Shown: positions 48,767 to 59,622, counted from the first letter of the stretch. The stretch is DNA of 64,000 bases from Aquabacterium sp. (GCF_029946005.1 NZ_JAQSDR010000003.1:2836-66835); one strand, 5' to 3'. Notes: a model not told the origin generated them from the sequence alone. Numbers and translations: made by a program.

Positions 48767-50500
48767 GTGCGTTTGCCGAGCGTTTTATCCCGGGGCCTGG
48801 CCCTGGTGTTGTGTGTTTCACCTCTGGCAGCCTGGTCCCAGGCCGCGCCCGTTGAGCCTGCGCCTGGGGTGATCCCCTCGGCTCAGCAACTCCAGCAAGT
48901 TCGTGAAACCACCCTGTCGCCCGTTGAAAGCGCCGCCGAGGTGCCCGCCCCCGCCCCCGTGCCCAAAGAGCTGGGCAAGCCCGTGGATGACATCACCCTG
49001 GACGTGGCGGCCTACGAGGTCGATGGCCTGAACGAGGTGCCGCGCGATGTGCTGGCCAAGCTGACAGCGCCCTACGCGGGCAAGGCGCGCAGTTACGAAG
49101 ACATGGTGGACGCGGCCGCTGCAGTGTCGCGCTACATGCAGCGCGAGCTGGGGTATTACCTGGGCCATGCCTACCTGCCGGAGCAATCGCCCAAGGATGG
49201 GGTGGTGCGCATTGCCGTGATGGAGGGGCGCCTGGACCAGGTGTTGCTGCAGTGGCCCGACAAGATGATCGTGCAGCGCGAGGTGGTCGAGCGCTACCTG
49301 GCGCGGCTGAAGCCCGGCGAGATCCTGCGCGTGCGCGATGTCGAGCGGGTGGTGTTCATGGTCAATGACCTGCAGGGCATCCGCGCCCGGTTCGAGGTCA
49401 GGGCCGGGCGACATCCGGGCACCGCCTCCTTGGTGGTGTCGCCGCAAAGCGAGGCCCGTTTCTCGGGCAAGGCCGAGTTTGACAGCCATGGTTCGCGCTA
49501 TTCAGGCACCGGGCGGCTCAATGTGGTGGGCACTTTTGCCAGCCCGCTGGGGCGTGGCGACGGCCTGGTGCTCAACGCCATGACCACGGTCACCGGCGGC
49601 ATGGGCTTTGGCCTGGTCAGCTATGTGCTGCCCTTGGGCTCGGACGGTTTGAAGTTGGGCGCGTCGGCCTCCAAGGTGCGCTATGAGCTCGACAAGGAAG
49701 CGTTCCCGGTGGGGCTGAATGGTGATGCCTCGGCGGCCAATGTGTTCGGCCTTTACCCCTTGGTGCGTTCGCGCAACCTGAACGTGTTCGCGCTGGCCAG
49801 CTTTGAGCACAAGGAGTTCGAGGACCGCCGCGAGATCGGCCTGAACACGCGCAAGCGCAGCGACGACTTGCAGGTGGGCGTGGTGGGCGACTTCCGCGAC
49901 AACATGCTGACGGGCGGCGTCAACACCTACGAGCTGAGCGTGCTGCAGGGGGATCTGACCTACCAGCAGGGCTTCGTGCCCAGCGACACGCCCCAGCGCT
50001 ACCAGAAGGTGACGGCCGGCTACTCGCGCCTGCAGAATCTGGTGAGCAACCGCCTGTTGCTGTACGTGCGCTACAAGGGCCAGCGCTCGTTGCAGAACCT
50101 GGACACGACCGAGCGCTTCAGCCTGGGTGGCCCGAGCGGCGTGCGGGCCTTTGCCCCGGGCGAGGCCACGGGCGACGAAGGTGACCTGTTCACCGCCGAG
50201 CTGCGATTTTTGCCCTTTGAATCCTGGTTTGGCCGCGCTTCGCGCGAGATGGTGTTCAGTGCCTTCTACGACGTGGGCCACGCCACTTTCCGCCACGATC
50301 CCAGCCTGCCTTCGCTCAACGCCTTGCCGGGCGCGCCCAACACGGCCACGCTCAGCGGCGCTGGCGTTGGGGCGATTTGGGACCGATCGCAATCGTTCGC
50401 CCTGCGCCTGAACCTGGCCTGGCCGCTCAATGGTGAAGGCACCAGCGATCCGGCCAAGAAGACACCCCGCGCCTATGCGGTGATGACCAAGTATTTCTGA
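48767..50500 (+). CDS. TpsB (ShlB/FhaC/HecB family) two-partner secretion transporter
   Basis: Signal peptide, POTRA domains (AYLPEQSPKDGVVRIAVMEG), RFSLGGPSGVRAF L6 motif and terminal Phe. Confidence 0.92.
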   Translation: MRLPSVLSRGLALVLCVSPLAAWSQAAPVEPAPGVIPSAQQLQQVRETTLSPVESAAEVPAPAPVPKELGKPVDDITLDVAAYEVDGLNEVPRDVLAKLTAPYAGKARSYEDMVDAAAAVSRYMQRELGYYLGHAYLPEQSPKDGVVRIAVMEGRLDQVLLQWPDKMIVQREVVERYLARLKPGEILRVRDVERVVFMVNDLQGIRARFEVRAGRHPGTASLVVSPQSEARFSGKAEFDSHGSRYSGTGRLNVVGTFASPLGRGDGLVLNAMTTVTGGMGFGLVSYVLPLGSDGLKLGASASKVRYELDKEAFPVGLNGDASAANVFGLYPLVRSRNLNVFALASFEHKEFEDRREIGLNTRKRSDDLQVGVVGDFRDNMLTGGVNTYELSVLQGDLTYQQGFVPSDTPQRYQKVTAGYSRLQNLVSNRLLLYVRYKGQRSLQNLDTTERFSLGGPSGVRAFAPGEATGDEGDLFTAELRFLPFESWFGRASREMVFSAFYDVGHATFRHDPSLPSLNALPGAPNTATLSGAGVGAIWDRSQSFALRLNLAWPLNGEGTSDPAKKTPRAYAVMTKYF

Positions 50501-50513
50501 GCGAGAGACGACC

Positions 50514-53500
50514 ATGAAACGCAGCACCTTGACCCACGCCCGTCGCCTCGCTCAAAGGGGGTGTTTTGCCTTGCGGCCTTTGTCCGCGGCGGCCGCCTTG
50601 CTCATCTTGTCGGAAGGGGCCATGGCCCAGACGGCGGCTTTGCCTTCGACCGGCAAGGTGATTTACGGTGATGTGACCACCACGCAGCCCAACGCCAACA
50701 CGCTCAACATCCACCAGGGCAGCGACAAGGCCTACGTTCAGTACGACAGCTTCTCGATCGGTTTGGGCAACAAGGTGGTCATCCAGCAACCGACGACTAC
50801 CTCGACCTTCCTGGGGCAGGTCACCGGCTACGACGCCAGTTTCATCATGGGGCAGTTGCAGGCCAATGGCCGGGTGTTCTTGATCAACCCCAACGGCATC
50901 GTGTTTGGTGAGCATGCGCGCGTGGACGTGGGCAGTTTGCTGGCCACCACCATGAGCTTGTCGCTGGGCGACTTTTTGAACAACCGCATTCTGCTGACCT
51001 CCAACCCCACCGATGGGCGCGGCGATCTGGCGGGCGTGGTGCGCAATGACGGCACCATCACCGCCAAGGATGGTTTCGTGGTGCTGGCCGGCCGCGAGGT
51101 CATCAACACCGGGCAGATCCTGGCCGAGAACGGCCGAGTGGGCCTGGCCGCCGCCAGCAAGCTGCTGGTCGATGTGGAAGGCGATGGCTTGCTGTTCTTC
51201 GAAGTCGAAGGCAAGGACGCTGGCGCGCGCCTGGCGCAACTCGGCCGCATCGAGGCCAATGGTGGCTCGGTGGAAATGATGGCCGCCGCGCGCGGCCAGT
51301 TCGCTGACACCGTGCTCAACATGAGCGGTGTGGTGCAAGCGCGCAGCCTGGGCATGAAGCAAGGCCGCGTGGTCATCGATGGTGGCGACAGCGGCGTCAC
51401 GTCGGTCACCGGCCAGGTAGACGTGTCGGGCCTGCAAGCCGGTGAGCGGGGTGGTTCGGTCAGCATCCTGGGCGATCGCGTGGGCCTGTTCGAGCACGCC
51501 AGCATCAACGCTTCGGGCGCGGCCGGTGGCGGTGATGTCAAGCTGGGTGGCGACTTCCACGGACAGGGCACCGCCCGCCGTGCCAGCCAGACCCTGGTGG
51601 GCCGCGATGTGAGCATCAAAGCCGATGCCACGGTGCAGGGCGATGGCGGCCAGGTGGTCGCTTGGGCCGATGGCGACACGCGCTTCCTGGGCAGCATTTC
51701 TGCACGTGGCGGTGCGCTGGGTGGCAATGGTGGTCAGGCCGAGGTCTCGGGCCGCGAAACGCTGGACTACCGTGGCCAGACCGATCTGCGCGGTGGCGCT
51801 GGCGGCGCCAAAGGCACCTTGCTGCTGGACCCGAGGAACATCGAGATCGTGGCCGCGGGCCCCGACATCGGCGGTGACGCCGGTGGCCTGGACCTGACGG
51901 CGGCCTCTTTCAGCGCCAACGCGGGTGGTGCTGGCAGCGTCAGCAAGATCACCGCCGGGGCCGTGGTCGCGCAACTTGACCTGGCCAATGTGCACTTGAG
52001 CGCCGACAAGGCCATCACCGTGTCCTCGGCCGTCGATGCCTCGGCCAACGCGGGTGACTTCGGCCTGCAGTTGACGGCGGGCGACCAGATCATCCTGAAG
52101 GCGGATGTGATCACCCGCAATGGCCTGACCCTGGATGGCACGCTGTCCAGTGGCGGCATCAACTTGACCGGCGCGCTGGCGCCCGTCACGCTGAACGCGG
52201 GCGCGGGCAAGCTGTCGCTGGGGGCGGCGGTGAACGGCGTGGCGCAGGGCCTGACCCTGGCCAGCACCAACACGGCGGCGGATGCCATCAAGACCACGGG
52301 CACGGTCACCAACGTGGCGGCCTTGAACGTGCAAGGCAAGTCGACCCTGGGCGGCAACGTCACCACCATCGGTGACCAAACCTACACCGGCACGACCACG
52401 CTGGCCGGCAACACGCAACTGGACGCGGCCGCGTCCAAGGTGTCGCTGGCCTTGGTCGATGGCGGAGGGCACAACCTCACCGTGCTGACCACCAGCGCGG
52501 CGGCCGATGCCATCTCGACCAGTGGCACCGTCAGCAACACGGCGGTGCTGAGCGTGCAGGGCAAGGCCACGCTGGGCGGCAACGTCACCACCACGGGCAA
52601 CCAGACCTACACCGGCCCGGTGGCCTTGGCGGCCAACGCGCAACTGGACGCGGGCGCCGCGAAGGTGTCCCTGACCTCGGTCGATGGTGGCACGCACGAC
52701 CTGACGGTCATCAGCAGCAACGCGGCGGCCGATGCCATCAAGACCACGGGTGCCATCACCAACACGGCGGCACTGAGCGTGCAAGGCAAGTCCACCTTGG
52801 GCGCAGACGTCACCACCACTGGCAACCAGACTTACACCGGCACCACCACCTTGGGTGCCAACGCGCAGTTGGACGCGGGCGCGGGCAAGGTTGCTTTGGC
52901 GGCGGTCGATGGCGGCACGCACAACCTGACGGTGTTCAGCAGCAACGTAGCGGCCGATGCGATCAAGACCACCGGCGCCATCACCAACACGGCGGTGCTG
53001 AGCGTGCAAGGCAAGTCCACTTTGGGGGCAGACGTCACCACCACCGGCAACCAGACTTACACGGGTACCACCACGCTGGGCGCGAACGCGCAGTTGAACG
53101 CAGGCGCGGCCAAGCTTGCCTTGGCGGCGGTCGATGGCGGCACGAACAACCTGACGCTGGTCAGCAGCAACGCGGCGGCCGATGCAGTCAAGACCACGGG
53201 TGCCATCACCAACACGGCGGCGCTGAGCGTGCAAGGCAAGGTCACGCTGGGTGGGGATGTCACCACCACGGGCGGCCAAACTTACGACAGCGCCGTCACT
53301 TTGGCCGCCCCGGTCACCCTCAAGGGCGACAGCCTGAGCTTGACCAGCCTGGCCGCCGGCATCAACGACGTCGGCCTGCGGGCCGACACCATCACCTTGA
53401 CCGGCGCCGCCACCGGCACGGCCAATGCCATCTTCGAGCCCCTGTCCGACACCGGCAGCATCAGCGTGGCAGGCGGCCTGCCCGTGGCTGCCAACACCCT

Positions 53501-56500
53501 GCAACTGAGCCAGGCCCTGCTCGATAAGTTCAGCACCTACCAAAGCATCGTGGTGGGCAGCGCCGCCAATGCCTACACCATCGGCTTTGGCGACTTCGTG
53601 TTGCCGACCAAAACCGTGGTCCGCAGTGCCAGCGGCGCGGTCACCTTCGCCAAGCTGGATGGCGCCTTTGCGCTTGAGGCGCAGACCACCGGCACCATCA
53701 GCTTGAACGACCTGATCGGCGGCACCAACGCCCTGAGCAGTGTGGACCTGAACGGCCCCGTCACGGTCAGCACCAGTCTGGTCAAAACGTCTGGCAATCA
53801 AACCTACAGTGGCGCGGTCACGCTGGCGGCCACCACTTCCCTGGAGGCCGGTGCGGGCAAAGTCTCGCTGACCAGCGTGGATGGCGGCGGCGCGCATGAC
53901 CTCACGCTCAAGAGCGCGAATGCCGCGGCCGATGCGGTCAAGACCACCGGCACCATCAGCAATGTCCGTGCACTCGATGTGCAGGGCAAGGTCACGCTGG
54001 GCGGCGACGTCACCAGCACGGGCAACCAGACTTACGGCGACACCACCACCTTGGCGTCCAACGTGACGCTGGACGCCGGTGCCGCCAAGGTGAGCCTGGC
54101 CGGTGTGGCCGGTGCCACGCACGACCTGACGGTCAAGAGCAGCAATGCGGCGGCCGACGCGATCAAGACCACCGCCGCGATCGGTGGCGTGGGCGCCTTG
54201 GGCCTGCAGGGCAAGACCACCTTGGGTGCCAATGTCGTCACCACGGGGGCGCAGGACTACACCGGCCCGGTCACCCTGGGTGGCGCGGTGACGGTGAACA
54301 GCAATGGCGCCAACGTGCGCTTCCGCGACACGGTCGATGGCGCGCAAGCGCTGACGGCCAATGCGGGCGCCGGCAATGCGCGCTTCGACGGTGCCGTCGG
54401 TGGCGACACCGCGCTCACCAGCCTGGGCGTGACCGCCGCGTCGGTCGACCTCAATGGCGGCGCCATGACCACCAGTGGCGCGCAAACCTACACCACGCCC
54501 ACGGTCACCCTGGGCGCCAACACCACCTTCACCACCAGCAACCTGCAGGCCACCGGCAACCTCAATGCCGGGGCGCACAACCTGTCGGTGTTTGCCGATG
54601 CTTTGGGCGTGGCGGGCAACATCCTTAGCACTGGCGCGGGCAACGCCAGCATTGCCGGGCGCCTGGCCTCGACCTCCATTGGCCTGGCTGGCGGCGCCGG
54701 TGACCTGCAGGTCACGGGCGCCTTGCTGGGCAAGTTCGCCAGCTTTGGCAGCGTCACCGTGGGCCGCACCGATGGCACCGCCAACATCACCTTCGGCAAC
54801 ATGACGGGCGGCACGGCCCTGAACCGCAGCCTCAACGTGCGCAACGGCTCGGGCGACATCGTGTTCGGCCAGGTCGACACCACGGTCGACGGGTTCTTCA
54901 ACCTCGACGCGGCCACGACCACGGGCACCGTTCGCTTGAATGGCGACGTCGGGGGCATCAGCCGCTTGAACAGCCTGACGCTGGGCGGCCCCACCCGCAT
55001 CGCCGCATCCAACATCTTCACCGGCGGTTTCCAGCGCTACAACGGCGCGGTCACCCTGGCCTCCGATGTGAACATGAACGCCACCACCGCCACCTTTGGC
55101 AGCACGGTGAATGGCGCGCACCACCTCACGGTCACCCTGCCCAGCAGCAGCTTCTCTTACTACGCCTATTTCATCGGCGCGGTGGGCGGCACCACGCCCC
55201 TGGCCAGCTTGACCGTGAACGGCAACACCTACGTTGAAGACAACGTGATCACCTCGGGCGCGCAGTACTACGGTGCGTCCGCCATTCTGTTGGACGACGC
55301 CACCTTCACCGGCACCGCCTTGACCTTCAACACCAACCTGGCCGCCGGGGCGAACGACCTCGGCCTGCTCACGGATGCCTTGTTCATTGGCGGCACCTTG
55401 TCGGGCTCGGGCGCCGCGCAGATCGCGCCGTACACGGTGGGCCGCGACATCGTGGTGTCCGGCACGGGTTCGGGCGGCGAGTTGGTGGTGGACGCCTCCA
55501 CCTTCAGCCAGTTCTCCAGCTTCTCCAGCCTCACGGTCGGCCGGGCCGATGGCACAGGCACCATCACGCTGGGGTCGAGTGGGGCTTTGGGCTCCACCGC
55601 CTTGCTGACCGACCTGACCCTGCTCAGCGGCACGGGCGACATCACCGTGCTGTCGGCCATCAACGGCGCGCACAGCCTGGCGCTGAACACTGGCGGCACG
55701 ACCAGGATCAACGCGAGCCTGTCGGGGCTGACGGCCGTGTCCACCAACGCGGGCGGCACCACGCGCATTGGCGCCAGCGTGGACACCAACGGCGACACCA
55801 TCGGTGGCACGCAAACCTATGGTGACGCGGTGACGCTGGACAACAGCGCCAACCTGACGTCTACCGCAGTGGCTTTCGATGACACCGTCAACGGGGCCTC
55901 GGCGGGTGGCCAGGCCTTGACCGTCAATGGCAACGCGCGCTTTGGCCAGGCGGTGGGTGCCAGCCAGGCCTTGAACTCGGTCAGGGTGACCGGCACCACC
56001 CAGTTTGACCATGGCGGCGCCAGCAGCACCGGTTCCCAGGTTTACGTGGGGGCGGTGACTTTGGGTGATGTCAGCAACTTCAACGCCAGCGGCGCCTTTG
56101 TGCGCTTTGAAAATACCGTCACCGGGCCGCATGCCCTGACCACCAACACGGCCACCGGCACGGTGTTCTTCAACGCCGTCAACGTGGCGTCGGTCAATGT
56201 GGGGTCGGGCCTGTCTTACCTGTATGGCGGCAGCGTGACCACCACCGGCACGCAAACCTACGCGGCCAATTCGCTGCTGGGCGCCAACAACACGCTCACG
56301 GGCACCAACATCGCCTTTGGCGGCACAGTGGATGGCGGCCAGACCCTGGCCATCAACGCCTCGGGCACGACCACCCTCGGGGGCGCCGTGGGCGCCACCA
56401 CCGCCCTGACCAGCTTGAGCACATCGGGCGTCACCAACCTCAATGGCGCCAGCATCCGAACCACCGGCGCACAAAGCTACGGTGGCGCGGTCACCCTGGG

Positions 56501-59500
56501 CGCCAACACCACGGTCACCGCCAACACGGTCGATTTCAACGGCACGGTCAATGGCGCACGCACCCTGTTGGTCAACGACAGCGGCACCACCACCTTCCAT
56601 GGCAATGTGGGCGGCACCGCGGCCCTGACCAGCCTGGCCACCACCGCAGGCGGCAGCACGGTCTTGCCCGCGCAAGTGACCACCTCGGGCGCGCAGGTCT
56701 ATGGCGACCCAGTCACGCTGTCGGCCAACACCGCCTTGAGCGCCAACAGCGTCAGCATGGCCAACCTGATCGGCGCCAGCCACACCCTGGCAATCGCCAC
56801 GCCGGGCCTGGTCGATTTCAACGGCACCATCACCGGCGTGACCGGCCTGGACAAGACCGGCACCGGCACCGTGCGCTTCATCGGCGCCAATGGCCTGACC
56901 ACCACCGGCGCACAAAGCTATGGCGGCAATGTCCAGGTGCTCAGTGGCGATGCGGTCTTCGATGGTTCATCCCTGGACTTCGCGGGCGACATCACCGGCG
57001 CCAACAACCTGAGCCTGACCTCCGACGTCATCAACGTGGCCGGGGCCTTGACCGGCTCGGGCGCGGGCACCTTCACCATCGCGCCCAAGAGCGTGGGCAC
57101 CACCATCGGCTTGAGCGGTGGCGCGGGCGCCCTGCAGGTGAACCTGAACACCGTCTCGGGCTTCACGCAGCGCGTGATCGGCCGCACCGACGGCACGGGC
57201 ACGGTCAACGTGGGCGCGTCCACCCTGAGCGCCAACACAACGGTGCAAAGCGGCACGGGCGCCATCAACTTTGGCGCACTCGATGGCGCGCAGGCTTTGA
57301 CGGTCAACACCGCAGGCGTGACCAGCTTCAATGGCAACGTCACCGGCCTGACCACCTTGAGCACCGACGCGGCGGGCAGCACGCACTTCAATGGCAGCAG
57401 CGCCAGCGCGACCACGGCCTTGAGCTTTGGCGATGCCGTGGTGTATGGCGGCGACGTCAGCTTCACCGCCCCATCGATCACGCTGGGCGGCGGTGCCAGT
57501 GGCGGCGCCAACCTCACCCTGGCCACCAACACCTTGAGCCTGGGCGGCGACCTGTCGGGCAGTGGCGAGCTGACCCTGCAACCCACGGCCGCGGGCACCG
57601 CCATCGGCCTGGCTGGTGGCGTGGGTACCTTGCAGATCACGCAGGCCACCTTGAACCGAGTCACCGGCTTCACCTCGCAGACCATTGGCCGCACCGACGG
57701 CACCGGCGCCATCAACGCCAACGCGATGACCCTGGCCCGCAACACCCAAGTGCAAAGCGCCTCGGGCAACGTGACGTTCAACAGCACCGTGGATGGTGCG
57801 CGGGCCCTGACGGTCAACACCACCGGCACCACCGCCTTCAACGGTGATGTGGGCGGCACCACCGCCCTGGCCAGCCTGAGCACCAACGCGGGCGGCAGCA
57901 CCGCCATCAATGCCAGCCAGGTGCGCGCCACCGGTGCGCTGCACTTCGGCGATGCCGTCACCTACACGGGCAACACCACCTTCAGCAGCGACACGCAGCA
58001 GTTCGATGGCGGTGTCACCGGTGGCGCCAACCTGACCCTGGTGGCCAACACGCTGACCTCGGGCGGGCCGATCTCCGGCTCGGGCATCCTGAACATCCTG
58101 CCCTTGACCGCCACCACGATCGGCCTGGCCGGCGCGGGTGGTGGGGGCGACCTCTTGATCAGCCAGGCCCTGCTGGACCAGACCAGTGGCTTCACCCAGC
58201 TCGTGATCGGCGCCAGCACCGGCACGGTGGACATCCAGTCCGGCGCCTTGACCCTGGGCGTGGACACCACGCTGCAAAGTGGCACCGGCCAGATCCACTT
58301 GCAGTCCACCGTGGATGGGGCCCATGCCTTGACCGTTAACACGGCGGGCCTGACGCGCTTCCAGGGCAATGTGGGTTCGACCACGGCCTTGGCCAGCCTG
58401 ACCACCGATGCCCCCGGCACCACGCAGATCGACGCCAGCGCCATGCGCACCAGTGGCGCGCAGACTTACAACGATCCGGTGGTGACCAGTGGCGTGCTGT
58501 CCCTGGTGGCGTCCACCGTTACCCTGCACACCGTCGGCAACCTGCGGCTGGGCCTGGTCAACCTGGGCCTGGGTGGCGACATCAGCACCGACGGTGTGTT
58601 GACCCTGGAAGACTCGCTCAACCTGGGTGGCGGCGTGCTGACCCTGCAGGCGGGCGGGGGCCCTGGCGGTGGTATCGCGTTCAACGACAGCGAGTTGAGC
58701 GGCCGCCCCGGCCTGATCACCGGCAACCTGTTGGTGAACGAGGCCGCTGCCGCCATCCTGCAGACCAACGGCACGATCACCACGGCCGCCGGCTCCACGC
58801 TGGACCTGCAAGCCGTGAACCGTGGCTCCATCCGGATCGACCACACCACCAACGAGATCGCGGGCAACCTGAAAGCCGTCAGCGGCCCGGAGGGCGACAC
58901 CAACACCGGGCGCTTCAGCGGCTCGGGCACCTTGCCGCTGAGCTTTGTGCGGGTGGATGCCAACCAGATCAACTCGGCGGGCATCGAGGCTGATGCGGTC
59001 AAGCTCACCGCCAACAGCTTGACGACCAACGCCGGCACCAAGATCCGTGCGCGCCTGCCTTACATCAATGCCCAGGGCATTGAAAGCTCGGTGCCGGCGC
59101 TGACCCTGGTGCTGAAGCAGCCCACTGTGATCAACCAGTTCGGCACGCCGGCCACCACCAGCTGGATCCAGGTGGACGTGGGCGACAGCTTCGGGGGTTA
59201 CCTGACCGTGCGACCCAAGGGCGCGGGCGCGGGATCGTCGGCTGTTTACCTGGGGGGTTCGGAGGGCAGCGTGCCTTTCTACGATGGCACCAGCAAATCC
59301 AGCGAAATCCAGGTGTACTACAACGGCCGCGTGCCTTCCACCCCGCAGGAAGTGGGGGCCTTGAGCGCGGTGACCGCCGTGATCGAAGAATCGCGCCGGG
59401 CCCGTTTCGACGAAGCCGTGCGCACCGAAAACGTGTCGTCCCGGCTGCGCACGGGCGTGATCGCCGAAGTGGGCGCGGGCCGCCCGGCCACCGAAGGCTC

Positions 59501-59558
59501 CGAGTCCATCCGCATGCCCGCCACCTGCACCCCAACCGCCACCTTGGGTTGCCAATGA
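50514..59558 (+). CDS. TpsA filamentous haemagglutinin-like exoprotein (3014 aa, HMW1/HxuA-type TPS domain)
   Basis: Signal peptide; TPS domain with FSIG and RVFLINPNGIVFG; long Gly/Thr/Asn beta-helix repeats; Cys-containing C-terminus (TCTPTATLGCQ). Confidence 0.92.
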   Translation: MKRSTLTHARRLAQRGCFALRPLSAAAALLILSEGAMAQTAALPSTGKVIYGDVTTTQPNANTLNIHQGSDKAYVQYDSFSIGLGNKVVIQQPTTTSTFLGQVTGYDASFIMGQLQANGRVFLINPNGIVFGEHARVDVGSLLATTMSLSLGDFLNNRILLTSNPTDGRGDLAGVVRNDGTITAKDGFVVLAGREVINTGQILAENGRVGLAAASKLLVDVEGDGLLFFEVEGKDAGARLAQLGRIEANGGSVEMMAAARGQFADTVLNMSGVVQARSLGMKQGRVVIDGGDSGVTSVTGQVDVSGLQAGERGGSVSILGDRVGLFEHASINASGAAGGGDVKLGGDFHGQGTARRASQTLVGRDVSIKADATVQGDGGQVVAWADGDTRFLGSISARGGALGGNGGQAEVSGRETLDYRGQTDLRGGAGGAKGTLLLDPRNIEIVAAGPDIGGDAGGLDLTAASFSANAGGAGSVSKITAGAVVAQLDLANVHLSADKAITVSSAVDASANAGDFGLQLTAGDQIILKADVITRNGLTLDGTLSSGGINLTGALAPVTLNAGAGKLSLGAAVNGVAQGLTLASTNTAADAIKTTGTVTNVAALNVQGKSTLGGNVTTIGDQTYTGTTTLAGNTQLDAAASKVSLALVDGGGHNLTVLTTSAAADAISTSGTVSNTAVLSVQGKATLGGNVTTTGNQTYTGPVALAANAQLDAGAAKVSLTSVDGGTHDLTVISSNAAADAIKTTGAITNTAALSVQGKSTLGADVTTTGNQTYTGTTTLGANAQLDAGAGKVALAAVDGGTHNLTVFSSNVAADAIKTTGAITNTAVLSVQGKSTLGADVTTTGNQTYTGTTTLGANAQLNAGAAKLALAAVDGGTNNLTLVSSNAAADAVKTTGAITNTAALSVQGKVTLGGDVTTTGGQTYDSAVTLAAPVTLKGDSLSLTSLAAGINDVGLRADTITLTGAATGTANAIFEPLSDTGSISVAGGLPVAANTLQLSQALLDKFSTYQSIVVGSAANAYTIGFGDFVLPTKTVVRSASGAVTFAKLDGAFALEAQTTGTISLNDLIGGTNALSSVDLNGPVTVSTSLVKTSGNQTYSGAVTLAATTSLEAGAGKVSLTSVDGGGAHDLTLKSANAAADAVKTTGTISNVRALDVQGKVTLGGDVTSTGNQTYGDTTTLASNVTLDAGAAKVSLAGVAGATHDLTVKSSNAAADAIKTTAAIGGVGALGLQGKTTLGANVVTTGAQDYTGPVTLGGAVTVNSNGANVRFRDTVDGAQALTANAGAGNARFDGAVGGDTALTSLGVTAASVDLNGGAMTTSGAQTYTTPTVTLGANTTFTTSNLQATGNLNAGAHNLSVFADALGVAGNILSTGAGNASIAGRLASTSIGLAGGAGDLQVTGALLGKFASFGSVTVGRTDGTANITFGNMTGGTALNRSLNVRNGSGDIVFGQVDTTVDGFFNLDAATTTGTVRLNGDVGGISRLNSLTLGGPTRIAASNIFTGGFQRYNGAVTLASDVNMNATTATFGSTVNGAHHLTVTLPSSSFSYYAYFIGAVGGTTPLASLTVNGNTYVEDNVITSGAQYYGASAILLDDATFTGTALTFNTNLAAGANDLGLLTDALFIGGTLSGSGAAQIAPYTVGRDIVVSGTGSGGELVVDASTFSQFSSFSSLTVGRADGTGTITLGSSGALGSTALLTDLTLLSGTGDITVLSAINGAHSLALNTGGTTRINASLSGLTAVSTNAGGTTRIGASVDTNGDTIGGTQTYGDAVTLDNSANLTSTAVAFDDTVNGASAGGQALTVNGNARFGQAVGASQALNSVRVTGTTQFDHGGASSTGSQVYVGAVTLGDVSNFNASGAFVRFENTVTGPHALTTNTATGTVFFNAVNVASVNVGSGLSYLYGGSVTTTGTQTYAANSLLGANNTLTGTNIAFGGTVDGGQTLAINASGTTTLGGAVGATTALTSLSTSGVTNLNGASIRTTGAQSYGGAVTLGANTTVTANTVDFNGTVNGARTLLVNDSGTTTFHGNVGGTAALTSLATTAGGSTVLPAQVTTSGAQVYGDPVTLSANTALSANSVSMANLIGASHTLAIATPGLVDFNGTITGVTGLDKTGTGTVRFIGANGLTTTGAQSYGGNVQVLSGDAVFDGSSLDFAGDITGANNLSLTSDVINVAGALTGSGAGTFTIAPKSVGTTIGLSGGAGALQVNLNTVSGFTQRVIGRTDGTGTVNVGASTLSANTTVQSGTGAINFGALDGAQALTVNTAGVTSFNGNVTGLTTLSTDAAGSTHFNGSSASATTALSFGDAVVYGGDVSFTAPSITLGGGASGGANLTLATNTLSLGGDLSGSGELTLQPTAAGTAIGLAGGVGTLQITQATLNRVTGFTSQTIGRTDGTGAINANAMTLARNTQVQSASGNVTFNSTVDGARALTVNTTGTTAFNGDVGGTTALASLSTNAGGSTAINASQVRATGALHFGDAVTYTGNTTFSSDTQQFDGGVTGGANLTLVANTLTSGGPISGSGILNILPLTATTIGLAGAGGGGDLLISQALLDQTSGFTQLVIGASTGTVDIQSGALTLGVDTTLQSGTGQIHLQSTVDGAHALTVNTAGLTRFQGNVGSTTALASLTTDAPGTTQIDASAMRTSGAQTYNDPVVTSGVLSLVASTVTLHTVGNLRLGLVNLGLGGDISTDGVLTLEDSLNLGGGVLTLQAGGGPGGGIAFNDSELSGRPGLITGNLLVNEAAAAILQTNGTITTAAGSTLDLQAVNRGSIRIDHTTNEIAGNLKAVSGPEGDTNTGRFSGSGTLPLSFVRVDANQINSAGIEADAVKLTANSLTTNAGTKIRARLPYINAQGIESSVPALTLVLKQPTVINQFGTPATTSWIQVDVGDSFGGYLTVRPKGAGAGSSAVYLGGSEGSVPFYDGTSKSSEIQVYYNGRVPSTPQEVGALSAVTAVIEESRRARFDEAVRTENVSSRLRTGVIAEVGAGRPATEGSESIRMPATCTPTATLGCQ
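52250..54300 (+). repeat. Intragenic 225-228 bp (75-76 aa) tandem repeats in tpsA
   Basis: Unit 'AADAIKTTG..TN.A.L.VQGK.TLG..VTTTGNQTY' recurs about 5 times at 225-bp spacing (~52250-53330) and 2-3 more times (~53800-54300). Antisense ORFs repeat at 52382, 52607, 52832 and 53057. Confidence 0.9.
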
Positions 59559-59622
59559 TTGATGAACACGGCAGCGCGCCAATAGCATACAGTTTGAAGT
59601 TCGACCACCTCCGAGCCCGACC

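Noticed and set aside
52250-54300. Regularly spaced repeats as a possible CRISPR array
   Set aside because: The units are 225 bp, in frame and protein-coding, with no short repeat/unique spacer structure and no cas genes.
50427-56915. 2162-aa minus-strand ORF and other long antisense ORFs (56967-59660, 31394-34240, 7789-9510, 22807-24492, 17303-18787)
   Set aside because: They are shadows of well-supported genes on the opposite strand, expected from GC-rich codon bias, and show no recognisable motifs.
50514-59558. TpsA as a CdiA contact-dependent inhibition toxin
   Set aside because: No VENN/ELYN-type delimiter, no pretoxin or toxin domain, and no small immunity gene downstream.
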